A stretch of DNA of 64,000 nucleotides from Macrostomum lignano (Eukaryota), in the NCBI GenBank assembly GCA_002269645.1, contig NIVC01000023.1:124001-188000 (forward strand), given 5' to 3'. A program made the translations under genes and the position numbers. Each line of letters begins with the position of its first letter. Positions within the stretch are counted from its first letter, which is position 1. The notes under the pieces are model-generated. The model had not been told where the DNA came from, searched no databases, and was given only the letters and a program-made list of their open reading frames with translations. Below are positions 60,501 through 64,000 of this stretch, in pieces.

Positions 60501-62457
60501 GGGGTTGGAGATCTAGTCATTGGGGTTGGAGATCTAGTCATTGGGGTTGGAGATCTAGTCATTGGGGTTGGAGATCTAGTTAGTAAGAGCATAATTGTTA
60601 TATAATAAGTCTCATAAGTTATCTCCGGCATCAAGTAAATTAACGAAGACAGCTTGTCAGTACTACCAAAGATTAATATATTTATCATTCATATTTTTCT
60701 ACAGACTTCAATGGCAGCCGTCATTTGGCATTCCTAGCCGACGCTATCATCAATAGTCTATGGCCTGTCCGTATCAGCGTCCTGCGCCAACAGAGCGAAG
60801 GGGAGAGAGGCGGAAGCGGCGGCCAGGGGCGAGTGCTGATCTATAGGAAATATTTTGGCTGGTCAGGGCACTGCCTACACGAGTGTCGGGCTGTGTACCG
60901 GGCGGGCTCCAGCTACCGGACTGTGGAGCAGAGTTGCACCGAGTAAGCGAAAGTGACAGATCGTTTGGAGAGAAGATGGCTGACAGATTAGAATTGAGTA
61001 TAAGTGTGACAGATAGATTAGAAGTGAGAATATTACGTGAAAGACAGATTAGAGTGATAATAAGTGTGACAGACAGATTAGAAGTGAGAATAAGTGTGAC
61101 AGACAGATTAGAAGTGAGAATAAGTGTGACAGACAGATTAGAAGTGAGAATAAGTGTGACAGACAGATTAGAAGTGAGAATAAGTGTGACAGACAGATTA
61201 GAAGTGAGAATAAGTGTGACAGACAGATTAGAAGTGAGAATAAGTGTCACAGACAGATTAGAAGTGAGAATAAGTTTGACAGACAGATTAGACGTGAGAA
61301 TAAGTGTGACAGACAGATTAGAAGTGAGAATAAGTGTGACAGACAGATTAGGAAGTGAGAATAAATGACAGGCAGGTTGGGAGTGAGAACCGGCGTATGT
61401 ATCTGATGCACATATTCTCAGACTTCAACAACTGACACCTGTCTCATTCAGGCTGGTCAGCGCTCAGACTGAAGCTCATACTGCATCTGAGTGCGTCTGG
61501 ACATTCGCAGTGGACTGCAAGCCGGTGCTGGTGAGGGCTGACAATAGAAGCTTGGCCTGTACGAACCGGCAGAATGAAGAAGAAGAGTCTACTGATTTAG
61601 CTGGGACCAGGTGAGTTCTGTGGGAGATGAGTGAGTGAAGGGGTGTGATTAGAGAAGGGAGAGGGGGGATTAGAGAGGGGAGAGGGATGAGATTAGAGAG
61701 GGGTGAGGGAGTGAGATCAGAGAAGGGAGAGGGATGGAAATTAGAGAAGGGAGCTCAAGGAGTGAGATTAGAGAAGGAGGACAAAGGGAGATCAGAGAAG
61801 GGAGAGGTAAGAGAGGGAGATTAGAGAAGGGAGGGGTAAGAGAGGGAGATTAGAGAATAGAGAGGCAAGAGAGGGAGATTAGAGAATGGAGAGGTGAAAA
61901 ATTGAGATTAGAAAAGGAAGAGAGGAGAGAGATTAGAGAAGGGAGAGGTGAGAGAGGGAGATTAGAGAAGGGAGAGGTGAGAGAGGGAGATTAGAGAAGG
62001 GAGAGGTGAGAGAGGGAGATTAGAGAAGTGAGAGGTGAGAGTAGGAGATTAGAAAACGGAGAGGTGAGAGAGGGAGATTAGACAGGAGAATTTACACCCT
62101 GCAGATTCTCAGAGAGCACATTGCACACTTCTTTCGTTAAACCGCAAATTCTCAAATTTAAAAACAAACTTCAGCCCTGCAAATCCTACAACTTCAACCG
62201 CGTACATGGAACCTGAGACTTCAACTGCGAGCATTGAGGCCACTGCTCACTGGCCAGACGACAATGTCACCGACTTTGTCACACCTTCACCGAGTTCTGA
62301 TTGGTCGAACGAGACTCAAAGCTACATTACGCTGAGACTTTTTGGCGGTGGAACAGCGCTATCCCCAAACTTGCAGCTTCTTTTCATCAGCAAAATCTTA
62401 GTTGCCATGCTTGCTGTGTACGAATATAACTTGTTTATTGATTTTGCTTTCATTTGA
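57569..62457 (+). CDS. Orphan secreted/surface glycoprotein with C-terminal hydrophobic (GPI-like) tail, 460 aa in the shortest model; exons 57569-57746, 58625-58844, 59531-59805, 60705-60942, 61422-61610, 62175-62457
   Basis: Signal peptide ([17 protein letters not shown]), Cys-containing modules, about 8 N-x-S/T sites, an S/T/P-rich stalk and the terminal segment [28 protein letters not shown]. Phases 1,2,1,2,2 are consistent; 1383 nt. The last acceptor could alternatively be at 62115. Confidence 0.8.
57935..58570. repeat. 13-bp minisatellite (GATGGTCACTCCA) with a higher-order block repeated three times, intron 1
   Basis: Block CTCAAGTAGATGATCACT... recurs at about 58073, 58296 and 58428. 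Confidence 0.95.
58855..59490. repeat. 14-bp purine-rich minisatellite (AGATGAAGGGACAA), intron 2
   Basis: About 45 units. Confidence 0.97.
59802..60590 (+). repeat. 21-bp minisatellite (GTGATTAGGGTTGGAGATCTA) at the exon 3 donor; open in the exon reading frame
   Basis: About 37 units; translates as (VIRVGDL)n without a stop in frame with exon 3. Confidence 0.98.
60985..61365. repeat. 30-bp minisatellite (GACAGACAGATTAGAAGTGAGAATAAGTGT), intron 4
   Basis: About 12 units. Confidence 0.97.
61625..62085. repeat. About 29-bp GA-rich degenerate repeat, intron 5
   Basis: GATTAGAGAAGGGAGAGGTGAGAGAGGGA-type units. Confidence 0.92.
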
Positions 62458-62884
62458 GCACCTGGCCATTTCTAGGAAACTTTAATGTTGTGCGCAGTCT
62501 TTCATCCTGAAATACCATGGATTGTTATGATTGTGTAACATCGTAAAATATATTTAGTCTACAAGTGTTTTGGTGAAATTCCATATGCCTTAAAAACTGC
62601 TTCCCAAAAATTAGATCTGTTACACCTATTTTTCCTGACTTGCTTAACTTTTCTCCGAATTTAAATCCATGCGAAAATTTGGAAAGTTTTAACTTTCGTT
62701 TAATTAAATAAACAAATAAAACAAATAATTTAAATAATTAAATAAACAAACTGCGGATCAAATTGAATGTTTTTGAAGTAAAATTTATCATGAATGATTT
62801 AAACTGACGAGCTACTATAAGTAGAAATAAACAAAAAACTTACTTTAAGTGCATTTTTTAAAAGGTGCCCATTTTAGATGGTTT

Positions 62885-63090
62885 TCGATGATGCTGGCTA
62901 ATGTCAGATGATGCTGGGTGATGCTGGGTGATGCTGGATTATGACGGATGATGCTGGGTGATGCCGGATGATGCTTCGTGATGCTGGATGATGCCGGATG
63001 ATGCTGGGTGATGCCGGATAATGCTGGGTGATGCTGAATGATGCTGTGTAATGCTGAATGATGCTGGGTGATGCTGGGTGATGCTAGATA
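62885..63090. repeat. 10-13-bp GATGCTGGGTGAT/GATGCCGGAT repeat
   Basis: Visible directly. Confidence 0.9.
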
Positions 63091-63534
63091 ATCTGATATT
63101 TAAAGAAAACATCTGGTTCATTATATGATGCAATAAAAGCTACGCTTGAGAACTGGAGGCTAAAAGAATAAATATTTTTTATGCCCTATTTTTCGAAAAT
63201 TGTTGACAAGCCAGGTAATAAGTTTTTTTCGTACTATTATCTTCCTTGAACTTGAGCTGGAAAAGGTCAACATATTCGTGTCACTGCTCCATCAAAATCG
63301 TGCTCAAGAGGTGAGCACAAAAGCTAGGAACACTCCAAGCTAGGTTAGTTGAAACCGTATTGAGTGCATTTTGTTGTTTTATGGGCCGAGCATTTCTATA
63401 AAAACCGCCTACGCTGGTAGGCTGACCTTTGAGCTGGACTTTCGCGCGAATGCTTTCAGTCAAGTGCTTCAGAATGCTTCAGGCATGAAGGGTCAAGTTT
63501 AGGAAAAAGTTATTTCTATTGGCTGTTGCTGAGG

Positions 63535-64000
63535 GGATGCCCTTTGGGGGCGCTTTGGGTGGCGCCTTGGGTAGCGCTTTTAGTGGCGCTCTGGGGGCGC
63601 TTTTAGTGGCGCTTTGGGTGGCGCTTTGGGTGGCGCTTTAGGTGGCCCCTTGTGGGTGCTTTTGTGGTGCTTTGGGTGGCGCTTTGGGTGGCGCTCTGGG
63701 GGGGGGGGGCGCTTTGGGGGCGCTTTGGGTGGCGCTTTGGGTGACGCTTTGGGTGGCGCTCTGGGGGCGCTTTGGGTGGCGCTTTGGGTGACGCTTTGGG
63801 TGGCGCTCTGGGGGGGCGCTTTGGGTGGCGCTTTGGGTGACGCTTTGGGTGGCGCTCTGGGGGGCACTTTGGGTGGCGCTCTGGGGGGCGCTTTGGGTGG
63901 CGCTTTGGGGGGCGCTTTGGGTGGCGCTTTGGGTGACGCTTTGGGTGGCGCTCTGGGGGGCGCTTTGGGTGGCGCTTTGGGTGACGCTTTGGATGGCGCT
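63535..64000. repeat. 12-bp G-rich minisatellite (TTTGGGTGGCGC), runs off the window end
   Basis: About 35 units visible. Confidence 0.96.

Noticed and set aside
63180-63470. Possible transposase/pseudogene fragment on the minus strand
   Set aside because: Interrupted by stops with no recognisable catalytic motif; cannot be supported without a search.

Overview
Eukaryotic (animal) genomic DNA with compact GC-richer exons and AT-rich or tandem-repeat-filled introns. There are no prokaryotic features and no CRISPR array. The style (small genes, minisatellite-stuffed introns, tRNA-SINEs, Ala-rich N-termini) is most compatible with a free-living flatworm such as Macrostomum, but this is inference only. 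Spliced gene models were built by hand from GT-AG sites with consistent phases. Recognisable genes: a partial EF-hand gene (+), CLUAP1/IFT38 (-) head-to-head with BAG1 (+), cathepsin L (+), MEIG1 (-, two copies), a catalytically dead neuroligin-like carboxylesterase (+) and MRPL32 (+). Genes I cannot assign: a 2-exon 101-aa neuropeptide-precursor-like gene (-), an 8-exon 731-aa orphan multi-pass membrane protein (-), a small 2-TM orphan (-) and a 6-exon orphan secreted/GPI-like glycoprotein (+). An 8.8-kb tandem duplication (junction 30130/30131) copies MEIG1 plus intact exons 1-4 of the membrane-protein gene. Most long ORFs in the supplied track are artefacts of tandem repeats. Top leads: (1) a 21-bp stop-free minisatellite that spans and reiterates a splice donor in frame (59802-60590), potentially a splice-tunable VNTR protein domain, with a mirror case at an acceptor (19812-20312); (2) a duplicated 4-exon 5' cassette that could splice to shared exons 5-8; (3) the putative prohormone; (4) minisatellites that are arrays of transcription-factor-like motifs (RFX X-box, E2F, kappaB); (5) the birth of a minisatellite caught between paralogues (1 vs 18 copies).
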